Of a stretch of 64,000 nucleotides of DNA, positions 1-10,436 are shown one piece after another (within the stretch, counting starts at the first letter, position 1; every line of letters starts with the position of its first letter). A program made the position numbers and the translations under genes. The stretch comes from Nitrospirota bacterium (GTDB lineage Bacteria > Nitrospirota > Thermodesulfovibrionia > Thermodesulfovibrionales > Dissulfurispiraceae): contig JBFLWF010000002.1 of the NCBI GenBank assembly GCA_040758355.1, positions 64,001 to 128,000 on the forward strand. The letters run 5' to 3'. The notes under the pieces are model-generated. The model was not told where the DNA came from. It did no database searches and saw only the letters and a program-made list of their open reading frames with translations.

Positions 1-855
1 ATGAAGGTTAAGAAGACCTGCATTTTCATAATACTATTTTTGGTGATTCTAATAGCCATCAGCGCCCTCTTTACGTTTTTTCAGAAAGAGGTCCCGCTGA
101 AGGAAAAAGTGGCGCTGGTTAATGTTGAGGGGCCTATACTCCAGGCAAAGCACACGGTGGATGAAATCAAGGACTATGTAAAGGACAAATCCATAAAGGC
201 CATAGTCCTGAGGGTTGACAGCCCTGGAGGAGGCGTTGTCCCTTCTCAGGAGATATACGAAGAGGTCAGGAAGGCTGCTGCCCAGAAAAAGGTCATCGTA
301 TCCATGGGCTCTGTTGCAGCCTCGGGAGGCTACTACATATCGGCCCCTGCGAGCAGGATTATCGCAAATCCAGGCACTATAACAGGCTCCATAGGTGTAA
401 TCATGGAGGTTCCGAACATTAAGGGTCTTATGGATAAGATCGGAGTAAAGACCGAGGTCATAAAGAGCGGAAAACATAAGGATATAGCTTCTGTATTCAG
501 GGAAATGGGGAGCGAAGAGAAGGAAATAATACAGGGAGTGATGAACGACGTCCATGAACAGTTTATCAAGGCCGTATCCGACGGAAGGAGAATCCCCATC
601 GAGGATGTAAGGAAGATAGCAGATGGGAGAATATTCTCAGGGAATCAGGCAGCAAAGATCGGCCTTGTGGACGAGATCGGAGACCTTGAATATGCAATCA
701 AGGCAGCAGCAAAAATGGCCGGCATAAAGGGCGAGCCTGATGTGGTAACAAAGAAAGAAAAATCTCCTCTTCTTGAACTGCTTAACGGAAAGATTTCTGA
801 AAGTGTTTCGAAGGTTGTTCCTAAAATAGAACTGAAATATATGTATATGCCATAG
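1..855 (+). CDS. sppA: Signal peptide peptidase SppA (short form, S49)
   Basis: N-terminal TM helix; DSPGG and AASGGYY motifs; GSIGV; KSGKHKD. Confidence 0.93.
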   Translation: MKVKKTCIFIILFLVILIAISALFTFFQKEVPLKEKVALVNVEGPILQAKHTVDEIKDYVKDKSIKAIVLRVDSPGGGVVPSQEIYEEVRKAAAQKKVIVSMGSVAASGGYYISAPASRIIANPGTITGSIGVIMEVPNIKGLMDKIGVKTEVIKSGKHKDIASVFREMGSEEKEIIQGVMNDVHEQFIKAVSDGRRIPIEDVRKIADGRIFSGNQAAKIGLVDEIGDLEYAIKAAAKMAGIKGEPDVVTKKEKSPLLELLNGKISESVSKVVPKIELKYMYMP

Positions 856-931
856 AAAAGTAATAAGCACTAAATCCAAAATTCAAATTTCGAAATTAGG
901 ATTTGGAATTTGTTTTAATAGGAGGTATTTT

Positions 932-1219
932 ATGACAAGATCGGTCTTAATAGAGAAGGTGACGGAAAGGCTGGAAGGGCTTACCAAGAAACAGGTGGAG
1001 ACGATTATCAACACGATCTTTGACGGTATGAAAGATGCCCTTGCACGTGGAGAAAAGATAGAGATAAGGGGCTTCGGGAACTTCAGGCTTAAACAGAGGA
1101 ATGCAAAGACAGCGAGAAATCCGAGGACTGGAGAAAAGGTTCAGGTGCCTGCCAAGCAGGTGCTGCACTTCAAGGTCGGCAAGCCGTTCCATAATGCACT
1201 CAACTCAGCTAATGAGTAG
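932..1219 (+). CDS. ihfB: Integration host factor beta / HU-family DNA-binding protein
   Basis: IEIRGFGNF...ARNPRTGE signature; GGAGG RBS; follows sppA. Confidence 0.85.
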   Translation: MTRSVLIEKVTERLEGLTKKQVETIINTIFDGMKDALARGEKIEIRGFGNFRLKQRNAKTARNPRTGEKVQVPAKQVLHFKVGKPFHNALNSANE

Positions 1220-1264
1220 ATGAGTAGATGGGTACACCATTTACTCATTCACCCATTTACTCAT
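1211..1264. repeat. Inverted pair of octamer tandem repeats (ATGAGTAG-like x3 / TTACTCAT-like x3)
   Basis: aatgagtagatgagtagatgggta...ccatttactcattcacccatttactcat. Confidence 0.8.
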
Positions 1265-1265
1265 A

Positions 1266-1709
1266 ATGAAGAGAAGGGATTTTCTAAAGAGGGCAATAAA
1301 GGTTTTTTTCTCGATCCTTGCTGTTTCCATTTTATCTGTTCTTGCCTATATATATCCCTCAAATATTAAAAAGAGAAAGCTACATTATATGTACCTCATG
1401 GATGAGGATGACCTGCCGAGGAGGGGTGTAAGGAAAATAGAATTCGAATATAAGCTTGAAGACAGGGCAATCACCAATCGGGTTTTTGTCGTTGCCGGCA
1501 ATGACGTATTGACTGCATTTTCACCGGTGTGCACTCATTTAGGATGCCTGGTGAACTGGGATAACAATAAAAAGGAATTCCTGTGTCCGTGTCACGGCGG
1601 CAAGTATAATATGAACGGCGAAGTGATTGCAGGGCCTCCTCCGAAGCCTTTGACGAGGCTGCCGCTTGAGATTAAGGACGGAAAAGTTTATGTTGGTATT
1701 AAGACATAA
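1266..1709 (+). CDS. qcrA: Rieske 2Fe-2S subunit of a menaquinol-oxidising cytochrome b6-type complex
   Basis: Tat motif RRDFLK; CTHLGC and CPCHGG boxes; GPPP. Confidence 0.9.
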   Translation: MKRRDFLKRAIKVFFSILAVSILSVLAYIYPSNIKKRKLHYMYLMDEDDLPRRGVRKIEFEYKLEDRAITNRVFVVAGNDVLTAFSPVCTHLGCLVNWDNNKKEFLCPCHGGKYNMNGEVIAGPPPKPLTRLPLEIKDGKVYVGIKT

Positions 1710-1713
1710 GGCC

Positions 1714-1784
1714 GAGCAATTTTATATATGTCAGGCACTACTCCAAGACGCCTCTTTTCGCAGCACCTGACATATATTTTTTAG
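1714..1784. mobile_element. Short hairpin copy of a MITE-like inverted-repeat element
   Basis: atatatgtcaggcactactccaaga ... tcttttcgcagcacctgacatatat; arms and flanks match 11770-11951. Confidence 0.65.
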
Positions 1785-1788
1785 CATT

Positions 1789-2436
1789 ATGGGTAAAATC
1801 TTCGATTGGATAGACAGCCGTTTCGGCGTGAAGGAGCCTCACAAGAGGTTTATGCAGAGGCCTGTGCCTTCAAATGTCAATTACTCCTACTGCCTCGGAG
1901 GCATGGCATTCACGTATTTTCTGATGCTTGCATTTACAGGCCTATTGCTGTCCATATATTATGTGCCATCAGAAAAAGAGGCATTCAAGAGCGTGGTGGC
2001 TATTACAAATGAAGTGACTCTCGGATGGCTTGTTAGAAGTCTCCATAAATGGTCTGCGAATCTCTTTATCATTTTCACAATCCTTCATACCATCAGGGTC
2101 TTTGTGTATAAGGCATACAGACCTCCGAGGGAATTAAACTGGATGGCGGGTGTTTTGGGTTTTGTAATATCAATGGCATCGGGCTTTACAGGCTATCTAT
2201 TGCCGTGGGACCAGAAGGCATACTGGGCAACAGAGGTTGGTACATCAATGTTCGGGACAGTGCCTTTGATAGGCGATTATCTGATGTATGCTGTGAGAGG
2301 CGGACTGGACATCAACGGCACAACACTTATAAGGTTTTACAGTTTTCACGTCCTTTATCTGCCTGTCTCAATGGCGGTGATTCTCTGGGCGCACTTTCAT
2401 ATGGTTAAAAAACAGGGGATAGCTGGAGGACTCTGA
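1789..2436 (+). CDS. qcrB: Cytochrome b6 (N-terminal cytochrome b subunit)
   Basis: YCLGG (heme ci Cys); His ligands in SLHKWSAN, ILHTIRV, FHV and AHF; GYLLPWDQ. Confidence 0.93.
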   Translation: MGKIFDWIDSRFGVKEPHKRFMQRPVPSNVNYSYCLGGMAFTYFLMLAFTGLLLSIYYVPSEKEAFKSVVAITNEVTLGWLVRSLHKWSANLFIIFTILHTIRVFVYKAYRPPRELNWMAGVLGFVISMASGFTGYLLPWDQKAYWATEVGTSMFGTVPLIGDYLMYAVRGGLDINGTTLIRFYSFHVLYLPVSMAVILWAHFHMVKKQGIAGGL

Positions 2437-2469
2437 GAAATTCAGTGGAGTGATGGAGTATCGGGAGTA

Positions 2470-2892
2470 ATGGGGGAACAGAAAAAAGATAAGAAATTCC
2501 AACCTGATTATCTTTTAGAAATGATCAGGAAAAAAGATAAGAAATTCTATCCTGATTATCTTTCGGAAATAATAGTCGCTATCTTAGTTGCTTCAGAAAT
2601 CTTGATAATTTTGGCACTGCTTTATTATCCTTCCATCGGAAGGCAGATAGACTTTACAAGGCCTTTTCAGCCAAAACCCGAATGGTATTTCCTCTGGCTT
2701 TACCAGCTTGTGAGGTATTTCCCGGGCAAAAGCGCATTTATAGGTACGGTGGCGATTCCGGTAGTTTCAGTGCTTTTGCTGCTATTGATTCCATACATTG
2801 ATAGGGGTAGAAATGGAAGATTAAAGGCAATGGCCGTTGGGACTATTCTATTGCTTATGCTTGTGGTTCTTACACTGCTCGGTGTTATATAA
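2470..2892 (+). CDS. Cytochrome b6f subunit IV-like (cytochrome b C-terminal domain)
   Basis: KPEWYFL Qo-site motif; three TM helices; duplicated N-terminal 16 aa. Confidence 0.88.
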   Translation: MGEQKKDKKFQPDYLLEMIRKKDKKFYPDYLSEIIVAILVASEILIILALLYYPSIGRQIDFTRPFQPKPEWYFLWLYQLVRYFPGKSAFIGTVAIPVVSVLLLLLIPYIDRGRNGRLKAMAVGTILLLMLVVLTLLGVI

Positions 2893-2900
2893 GTATGCTG

Positions 2901-3119
2901 TCAGGCCGTAACAGCACGGACATTAGATGGTAGCCTGCTAAGAATCAGTTCTTTGAGTTGAACTTTTATGCTGGCATTGTCAATGTCAATGCCTACTAAA
3001 TTACCCTCGGCATCATAATCGAGCACGATACCCTCAGAAATTTCTTTGCTTTCCACGCTTGTTTTTTCAGAGAGATCAATATAAAGAGAGTCTGTTTCAG
3101 GATAATAATTAAGTTTCAT
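2901..3119 (-). CDS. DUF2283-family antitoxin-like protein
   Basis: YYPETDSLYIDL...LDYDAEGNLVGIDI; start moved to ATG 3119 after AGGAGG. Confidence 0.8.
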   Translation of the reverse strand: MKLNYYPETDSLYIDLSEKTSVESKEISEGIVLDYDAEGNLVGIDIDNASIKVQLKELILSRLPSNVRAVTA

Positions 3120-3357
3120 GCTTAAACCTCCTATCAGGAAATGCATTGTGAATAGTTAGCTTATCTTCCAAAGTTACAACTCTCAAGATGCGTCCTTCAA
3201 GCTCATCAATTATGCCCCAAAACCGAAAACGATTATGTTCTTGGGGCTCCATCTTAATCGGATTTTCAATTACATGGATGCACCATTCCTTTTTGATATA
3301 TGGCCGCTTCCTAAGCACTTCATTTTCAAAATAAGCCGTAAACTTATAATCGCCCAT
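3109..3357 (-). CDS. Putative toxin partner of DUF2283 (DUF4258/BrnT-like RNase fold)
   Basis: 82 aa; overlaps the DUF2283 gene; LRVVTLED...IHNAFPDR C-terminus typical of these pairs. Confidence 0.6.
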   Translation of the reverse strand: MGDYKFTAYFENEVLRKRPYIKKEWCIHVIENPIKMEPQEHNRFRFWGIIDELEGRILRVVTLEDKLTIHNAFPDRRFKHET

Positions 3358-3469
3358 GTCCTGTAGAAGTATTTTAACTTATTATACATTTTATTGCTCC
3401 TAACTTTTTTAGTTTTTAAATCAGCGGTCATATTGACAACTAATCTGGTAAACCCTTATCATCCTCTGT

Positions 3470-4429
3470 ATGTCCGTTTCGCTTCTTAATATAAACAACC
3501 TCTCTGTATCATTCAAGACAGACAAAGGCCCCATCAAGGTTGTGTCTAACCTTTTTTTTGACATTAAAAAGGCAGAGGTCTTTGGCCTTGTTGGAGAAAG
3601 CGGATGCGGTAAGAGCCTTACTGCCTTGTCCATTTTGGGAATCCTTCCGAACAATGCATTTGCAGAAGGCGAAATCTCGTTTAATAATAAAAATCTTCTG
3701 ACACTCAGAGATGCTGAAATGCGCAATCTGCGCGGCAAGGATATATCAATGATCTTTCAGGAGCCCATGACATCCCTGAATCCTGTTTTAACCATCGGCT
3801 ACCAGATAGCAGAGGCATTGGTTACGCATTTTGGTATATCAAAAAAAGAAGCCATGGACAGGACTGTGGAATTGCTGAAGGCTGTGAAAATACCGTCTCC
3901 TGAATTAAGGATAAAGGACTATCCCCATCAAATGTCAGGCGGAATGAGACAGAGGGTAATGATAGCAATGGCAATTGCATGCAATCCATCTCTTTTAATT
4001 GCCGATGAGCCGACAACCGCCCTTGATGTTACGATACAGGCGCAGATACTGGAGCTCCTTCAAGGATTGAGAAAAGAAAGAGATATGGCTATCCTTTTAA
4101 TAACCCATGACCTGAGCATTATCTCGGAGCAGGCAGACAGGGTTGCCATAATGTATGCAGGAAGGATTATGGAGCTTACCGATGTGGATGAACTTTTCAG
4201 AAACCCACTCCATCCGTACACGCATGGCCTATTGCAATCCCTGCCCGTGGCTAAAGGAGTTGCATTAAAACCCATAACAGGTTTTGTACCTAATCCTGAA
4301 AACCTTCCGGCAGGATGCAAGTTTTCGGACAGATGCTATCTTGCATCTGATGAATGTAGAAGGTCTGAGCCAGAGCTGGTGGAGGTCTCGAAGAATCACC
4401 ACGTGAGATGTATAAAAATCAGGCAGTAG
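3470..4429 (+). CDS. oppD: Oligo/dipeptide ABC transporter ATP-binding protein
   Basis: [30 protein letters not shown]-terminal GCKFSDRC. Confidence 0.92.
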   Translation: MSVSLLNINNLSVSFKTDKGPIKVVSNLFFDIKKAEVFGLVGESGCGKSLTALSILGILPNNAFAEGEISFNNKNLLTLRDAEMRNLRGKDISMIFQEPMTSLNPVLTIGYQIAEALVTHFGISKKEAMDRTVELLKAVKIPSPELRIKDYPHQMSGGMRQRVMIAMAIACNPSLLIADEPTTALDVTIQAQILELLQGLRKERDMAILLITHDLSIISEQADRVAIMYAGRIMELTDVDELFRNPLHPYTHGLLQSLPVAKGVALKPITGFVPNPENLPAGCKFSDRCYLASDECRRSEPELVEVSKNHHVRCIKIRQ

Positions 4430-4441
4430 GCGATAGATATT

Positions 4442-5443
4442 ATGGGAAATAATACTATTTTAAAGGTCGATTCCATCAAGAAATATTTTCCGGTAAAAGG
4501 CAGAGGCTTTGGTAAACCGCATAAATGGCTTAAGGCTGTCGATAATGTCAGCTTTGAGGTAAAGAAAGACAGCGTCTTTGCTATCGTTGGCGAGAGCGGA
4601 TGCGGCAAATCAACAATTGCACGGCTTGTGCTGAAGCTGCTTCCGCTCACAGAAGGAAAGATATATTTTAAGGGAGAAGATGTTTCTTATCTTGCAGGCG
4701 ATGCCCTCAAGAAGTTCAGACGCTCCGTGCAGATAGTATTCCAGGACCCATTTGCGTCGTTGAATCCGAGGATGAGGATTATCGATACGTTATCAGAACC
4801 ATTTAAGATACATAAGATAATGCCTAAGAATAAGATGAAAGACAGGGTTGTGAATCTTCTTGAGAAGGTAGGTCTGAATGCGGATGCAGCGAACAGGTAT
4901 CCCCATGAATTCAGCGGAGGACAGAGACAGAGGATATGCATAGCAAGGGCGCTAACTGTTTCGCCTGAACTCATAGTTGCCGATGAGCCGCTGTCGGCCT
5001 TGGATGTATCGATTCAGGCACAGATACTTAATCTGCTACAGGACATTAAAAGAGAATCAGCCATATCATTGATTTTTATAAGCCACGACCTTAAGGTGGT
5101 TCACTATCTGAGCGATGAGGTTGCGGTTATGTACTTGGGGAAGATTGTGGAAAAGGCAAAGACAGAGGACTTATTCAAATCGCCAAAACATCCGTATACA
5201 GAGCTATTACTTTCATCTGCACCTAAAATTAGAGTTCAGAGTGATGAGTCAGGAGTTATGGATAAAGAATCTAAACTCAAAACTCTTAACTCTAAACTCA
5301 TAACCGACGTTCCCAGTCCTATCGATATTCCAACCGGCTGTCCGTTTCATCCAAGGTGTCCCAAGAGGTTTGATATCTGTGATAGGGTAGTGCCCGAGCT
5401 GAAGGATATAGACGGCAGGCTTGTATCATGCCATCTGTATTAA
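4442..5443 (+). CDS. oppF: Oligo/dipeptide ABC transporter ATP-binding protein
   Basis: [29 protein letters not shown]; in-frame repeat insertion near 5230-5304. Confidence 0.92.
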   Translation: MGNNTILKVDSIKKYFPVKGRGFGKPHKWLKAVDNVSFEVKKDSVFAIVGESGCGKSTIARLVLKLLPLTEGKIYFKGEDVSYLAGDALKKFRRSVQIVFQDPFASLNPRMRIIDTLSEPFKIHKIMPKNKMKDRVVNLLEKVGLNADAANRYPHEFSGGQRQRICIARALTVSPELIVADEPLSALDVSIQAQILNLLQDIKRESAISLIFISHDLKVVHYLSDEVAVMYLGKIVEKAKTEDLFKSPKHPYTELLLSSAPKIRVQSDESGVMDKESKLKTLNSKLITDVPSPIDIPTGCPFHPRCPKRFDICDRVVPELKDIDGRLVSCHLY

Positions 5444-5445
5444 TG

Positions 5446-5922
5446 TCAGAGGTTGTCGATATTCTTGAGGGAACTGAACATCATCTCGGCAGTATCCTGT
5501 TTTAGCCTTACCACGGCATCCACTAAGGAAAGGAGCGTGTCTGCATCCATCAATGTCCGTGCTGTTAAAACTATTTTTCTGTCTTGACGGTTTTCGGATA
5601 ACATCCTGATTATTACATCCAGTGCATCTTTGCTCATGTTATTAATGTCGTCGACAATCAATAGAGGTTGTTCGGATTTTACGGAATCGAAATCTCTGAC
5701 ATTATGGAGGACAGTTGCCGAATCATTATACTTGCTGATATTTGATTGAGTATTAATCTCCGATTCGGTGTAATAGTACACATCCCACAATCCTCTGGTT
5801 GACTTAAGAGTTGCAACAGTTTTCCCTGTGCCTTCCCATCCCGATACAAGGATCCTCGCGTGCATTTTTATTATATTTCTCAGGATTTCTTCTTTTGCAG
5901 CGAATGCTATTTGTGGGTCCAT
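5446..5922 (-). CDS. Small stand-alone P-loop NTPase, function unknown
   Basis: Walker A GWEGTGKT; Walker B LLIVDD; 158 aa. Confidence 0.6.
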   Translation of the reverse strand: MDPQIAFAAKEEILRNIIKMHARILVSGWEGTGKTVATLKSTRGLWDVYYYTESEINTQSNISKYNDSATVLHNVRDFDSVKSEQPLLIVDDINNMSKDALDVIIRMLSENRQDRKIVLTARTLMDADTLLSLVDAVVRLKQDTAEMMFSSLKNIDNL

Positions 5923-5964
5923 ATAAAAAGTGTCAAAGTTTCAGAGTGCCGGATACCTTTAAAT

Positions 5965-7515
5965 TCAGTATCCCTGTATCTGTTTTATCGCCATAACTGT
6001 CTGGTCACGGAGTATCTTGAGGTAATTCAATTGTCCGCTTGATACCGTTTGAAAGCCCCCTTTATCCCCTTCGATATAAAACATGCCTATTGGTTTGTTG
6101 TTGATGATGATGGGCAGGAGGATGATGAATGCCTGGGAAGGTGCCTTGCTTCTGTACCAATCGGGCAGCAATCCCTTTATGTCGCTTGCAGTAATGTCCT
6201 TTATGACCAGATCCTTCTGCTTTAAGACAGCAACAGCAAATATATTGTCCGTATTTTCAAAGCCTATCTTGAACCATTTTTTTATTTCTTCGATACTGCC
6301 GCCGAACCCAAACCGTATGCTCATGACAGGAAGCTTTGTATCTTTTATGAAGAATAACACATTGGAGAGCCCTGACAACTGCATTCCCCTGTACATGGTT
6401 TCAAGGACGATCCTGATGATGTCATTCAGAGAGAAGTTGCTCATGATTGCGCTGTTGACATCCTGAATCCCCTTTGTAAATATGCTTTCCGGTGTATCTG
6501 CCTTTTCGTTTTCAATGATGCTGTCGATCGTCTTAAGGGAATCTGTTGTAAAATCAAACTGTGCAAGGTCTTCAGCACTCCCGGGCTCCCTGTCTTTCGG
6601 CAGGCCTAAAAGCTGTCTGCTGAATGGAACATTGTTCAGGTTGAGATTAAAGACATTTGAGAACTCGACCAAATCCTGTATTGATGCATCTATTATATCA
6701 ACCATTTTATTGGCGATTACCCCGAAATGGTCTTTAAATGATTTTATGAGTTTGTCTATCTTTTCGCTCCGCTCTTTTTTGTCCGGATACATTGCCATGA
6801 TGCGCGAGATCTTATTCGAAAATGTGGAAAGGCTCCGCAATTTATCCATTTCAGAGGGTTTGGGGGTAATCTCCGATATGCTGAAATCGGGCATGCACTG
6901 TATGATCCTGGAGGGGAAATTCCATTCCTTTGCGAGGGACATGCCGATCCCCTCATACGATGTCCCTAAAACAGAATGGGCTGCAAGATCTTCGGAAATC
7001 CCCTTTTCCTGACTGAAATGCTTTATCTCATCGATCTTCTCCGGAATGGAGAATGCAACCATGAGTCTGCCGAATGTATGAAATAGGGAGCATATGAATA
7101 CCTCTTCCTTATCTCCGAAATTGATGTCCTGAGATATTTTTTGTGACAATATTGCACTGTAAAAAGACTTTACGACCGTATCCATGAGTTCGCTGTCGGA
7201 GCTGTGCTTTTGCAGGTGATCGAAAAGTACGAGGGTAACGGCAATGTTCTTTATATTCTCAAAGCCCAGAAGTATAATCGCCCTTGAAATTGTGGTCACT
7301 TCTCCGAACTGTGCATAATTGACGCTGTTCACCAGCTTTAGAATCCTTGTGGTTAATGCGTAGTCTTTTAAAATGATATTCGCAAACTCGGAGATTGAGG
7401 CATCCTCCGAGGACTTGAATTTGTTCAGGAGATTGACCGTGTTTGACATTGCAGGGAAATCGCTGTTCCGCTGCAGACGGAAAAGGATGGTATCTTTTAT
7501 GTTTTGATTGTCCAC
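5965..7515 (-). CDS. HDOD-domain signalling protein with C-terminal GAF-like region
   Basis: DFPAMS...ILKDYALTTRILKLVNS...ISRAIILLGF; LFHTFGRL; LAKEWNFP. Confidence 0.8.
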   Translation of the reverse strand: MDNQNIKDTILFRLQRNSDFPAMSNTVNLLNKFKSSEDASISEFANIILKDYALTTRILKLVNSVNYAQFGEVTTISRAIILLGFENIKNIAVTLVLFDHLQKHSSDSELMDTVVKSFYSAILSQKISQDINFGDKEEVFICSLFHTFGRLMVAFSIPEKIDEIKHFSQEKGISEDLAAHSVLGTSYEGIGMSLAKEWNFPSRIIQCMPDFSISEITPKPSEMDKLRSLSTFSNKISRIMAMYPDKKERSEKIDKLIKSFKDHFGVIANKMVDIIDASIQDLVEFSNVFNLNLNNVPFSRQLLGLPKDREPGSAEDLAQFDFTTDSLKTIDSIIENEKADTPESIFTKGIQDVNSAIMSNFSLNDIIRIVLETMYRGMQLSGLSNVLFFIKDTKLPVMSIRFGFGGSIEEIKKWFKIGFENTDNIFAVAVLKQKDLVIKDITASDIKGLLPDWYRSKAPSQAFIILLPIIINNKPIGMFYIEGDKGGFQTVSSGQLNYLKILRDQTVMAIKQIQGY

Positions 7516-7526
7516 TTTAATATATC

Positions 7527-8109
<583 letters not shown>

Positions 8110-8129
<20 letters not shown>

Positions 8130-8985
8130 TCTTCAATACGCCCTTTAGTTTTTCTTTGTTTGCCTTGGACATTTCGCAGAGCGGCAGCCTGAATTCCTCC
8201 TTGATCTTTCCCATCATCACAAGGGCTGTTTTCACCGGTATCGGATTCGTCTCTATGAACATGGCTGAGTTAATGGGTTCGAGTTTATAATGCAGTTCTC
8301 TGGCCTTTGCTATGTCGCCATTTGCCCACGCATTATACATCTCGGCAGAATCTTTTGGAGCGACATTTGCCGTAACCGATATGGCCCCATGCCCGCCGAG
8401 GGCAAGCAGCGGCAAAGTGGTAAAATCATCTCCTGAAAGCACTGTAAGTCTGTCCCCGCAGAGCCTTATGAGCTCGCTTGCCTGTTTCATGTCGCCGGTG
8501 GCCTCTTTTATGCCAACGATATTCTTACATTCCGTGAGGCGTGCCACTGTTGACGGCAGCATATTCACAGCAGTCCTTCCAGGCACATTATAAAGGACAA
8601 TGGGTATCTTCACCGCATCTGCAACTGCCTTGTAGTGTCTGTAAAGCCCTTCCTGTGTCGGCTTGTTGTAATACGGTGTGACGAGCAGAGCTCCATCAGC
8701 GCCCAATTTCTTTGCCTTTTTGGTTATCTCGATTGCCTCGTCGGTGGAATTCGCACCTGTGCCTGCAATGACCGGAATCCTTTTGTTTGCAGCCTTAACA
8801 GCGACCTCGATGACCCTGTAATGCTCTTCGAATCCGAGGGTTGATGCCTCGCCTGTTGTTCCGCAGGGCACGATGCCGTGAGTGCCTTGCTTTATGTGCC
8901 ACTCGATCAGGTCACCGTAGGTCTTTTCATCGAACTTTCCGTTTTTAAAAGGTGTTACAATTGCAACTATCGAGCCTTTAAACAT
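8110..8985 (-). CDS. dapA: 4-hydroxy-tetrahydrodipicolinate synthase
   Basis: GTTGE; PYYNKP; LYNVPGRT; GIKEA; ETNPIPVK. Confidence 0.97.
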
Positions 8986-9000
8986 TTTGTTCCTCCTATT

Positions 9001-9285
9001 TTAAATAAACATCAATCCTGCTCTGTATTTTTCGCTAACCTTCATGCTCCATTGAACAATTGCTATCTTAAGTATAGACGGATTTTCCTTGCTTTTGAAT
9101 ATAATAACCTGCCCCGGTTCCAAAGGGCAATCAGAGGTAAGGCCGATGCCTCCTTCGCTTATATCAATGGATACAGCCGGAAGCATATTCTCGGACTTTC
9201 CGGCCCTGAAGTATTCCAGTTCGGCATCGTAAGGTTTCCTTTCGTACTTCCTTTTTTCCTTTTTATCTTCCTCTGTCAAAGGCAT
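9001..9285 (-). CDS. Stand-alone PilZ-domain protein
   Basis: RxxxR (RKYER) and DxSxxG (DISEGG) motifs. Confidence 0.85.
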   Translation of the reverse strand: MPLTEEDKKEKRKYERKPYDAELEYFRAGKSENMLPAVSIDISEGGIGLTSDCPLEPGQVIIFKSKENPSILKIAIVQWSMKVSEKYRAGLMFI

Positions 9286-9326
9286 ATCTCCCTTCCGCTT
9301 AAGTTTATTCTACTACGATTTTCCGG

Positions 9327-10436
9327 TTAAATGAACATCAATCCTGCCCGATACTTATCTCTGTCCTTTTTGCTCCATATTACGACGGCACTTTTCGGAT
9401 GCGGGGTATCCTTAATCTTAAACGTGATAATCTGTCCAGTCTCCATCTCGTGATCCGAAGTGATGCCCATCCCTGATTCGCTGATATCAACACAGATGCA
9501 GGCACGGGAAGCTCCCTTTGATTTCCCCTTTTCAGAGAACTCCAGGGGCATGGAGCAGGTATGTCGCTGGTGCCTTCTTCTGTCCTTCCCTTGTGCTGCT
9601 GAATAGTGTACCATGCCCTGAAAGACTTCTGATGCCGGGCCGGTCATATAGACATGGTTATTTGCATGCCATTCTATTAAAAGATTTCCGCCGAGGATCT
9701 GTACGGATACATTCCTTTCTGTTAATCCCTTTAGCATTGCAGCCACACCGGTTGCCGATGCGCCGGTCCCGCACGCCATTGTCTCGCCCGAGCCCCTTTC
9801 CCATACCCTCATTAATAGTTTGGTTCTGCTTTGCACATTAACAAACTCCACGTTCGTCTTCTTTGGGAACATAGGATGTTTTTCGATCAGAGGGCCATAC
9901 GTTGATACAGGGAAGTCCGATATGTTCTCGCCGAGAAAGATTACTGCATGTGGATTGCCCATGGACACGCAGGTTATTTTAAAGCCCCTGTCTTTAATTT
10001 GCAGAGGATAGTCTATTATGGGCGGTGAGGACTTAATATTCACGGGAATCTTCTCTGGTTCCAGAATGGGTTCTCCCATATCCACTTTCACCATATCTCC
10101 GGCACGCTCGGGTTTTATTATTCCTGCGAGGGTCTCTATTTCGAGGATGTCTTTTCTTGAAAGTTCCCTGTCCCATATATATCTGGCAAAGCACCGTATG
10201 CCGTTGCCGCACATCTCGACCTCGCCGCCGTCGGCATTGTATATCTTCATCTTGAAGTCAGCGATTTCCGAAGGACAGAGGAGCAGTATCTGGTCGGCGC
10301 CTATGCCGAATCTCCTGTGGCAGAGGGTCTTGCTTAAGTCTTCAAGCTCCAGACCGGTGACCTCTGGCTGCTCTATGCAGTCAATGAGAATAAAGTCATT
10401 TCCAGATCCATGCATTTTTGTGAACGATATTTCCAT
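9327..10436 (-). CDS. dapF: Diaminopimelate epimerase fused to a C-terminal PilZ domain
   Basis: KMHGSGNDF; EMCGNG; GNPH; ERGSGETMACGTG; extra approximately 90 aa with RRHQR and DISESG. Confidence 0.93.
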   Translation of the reverse strand: MEISFTKMHGSGNDFILIDCIEQPEVTGLELEDLSKTLCHRRFGIGADQILLLCPSEIADFKMKIYNADGGEVEMCGNGIRCFARYIWDRELSRKDILEIETLAGIIKPERAGDMVKVDMGEPILEPEKIPVNIKSSPPIIDYPLQIKDRGFKITCVSMGNPHAVIFLGENISDFPVSTYGPLIEKHPMFPKKTNVEFVNVQSRTKLLMRVWERGSGETMACGTGASATGVAAMLKGLTERNVSVQILGGNLLIEWHANNHVYMTGPASEVFQGMVHYSAAQGKDRRRHQRHTCSMPLEFSEKGKSKGASRACICVDISESGMGITSDHEMETGQIITFKIKDTPHPKSAVVIWSKKDRDKYRAGLMFI

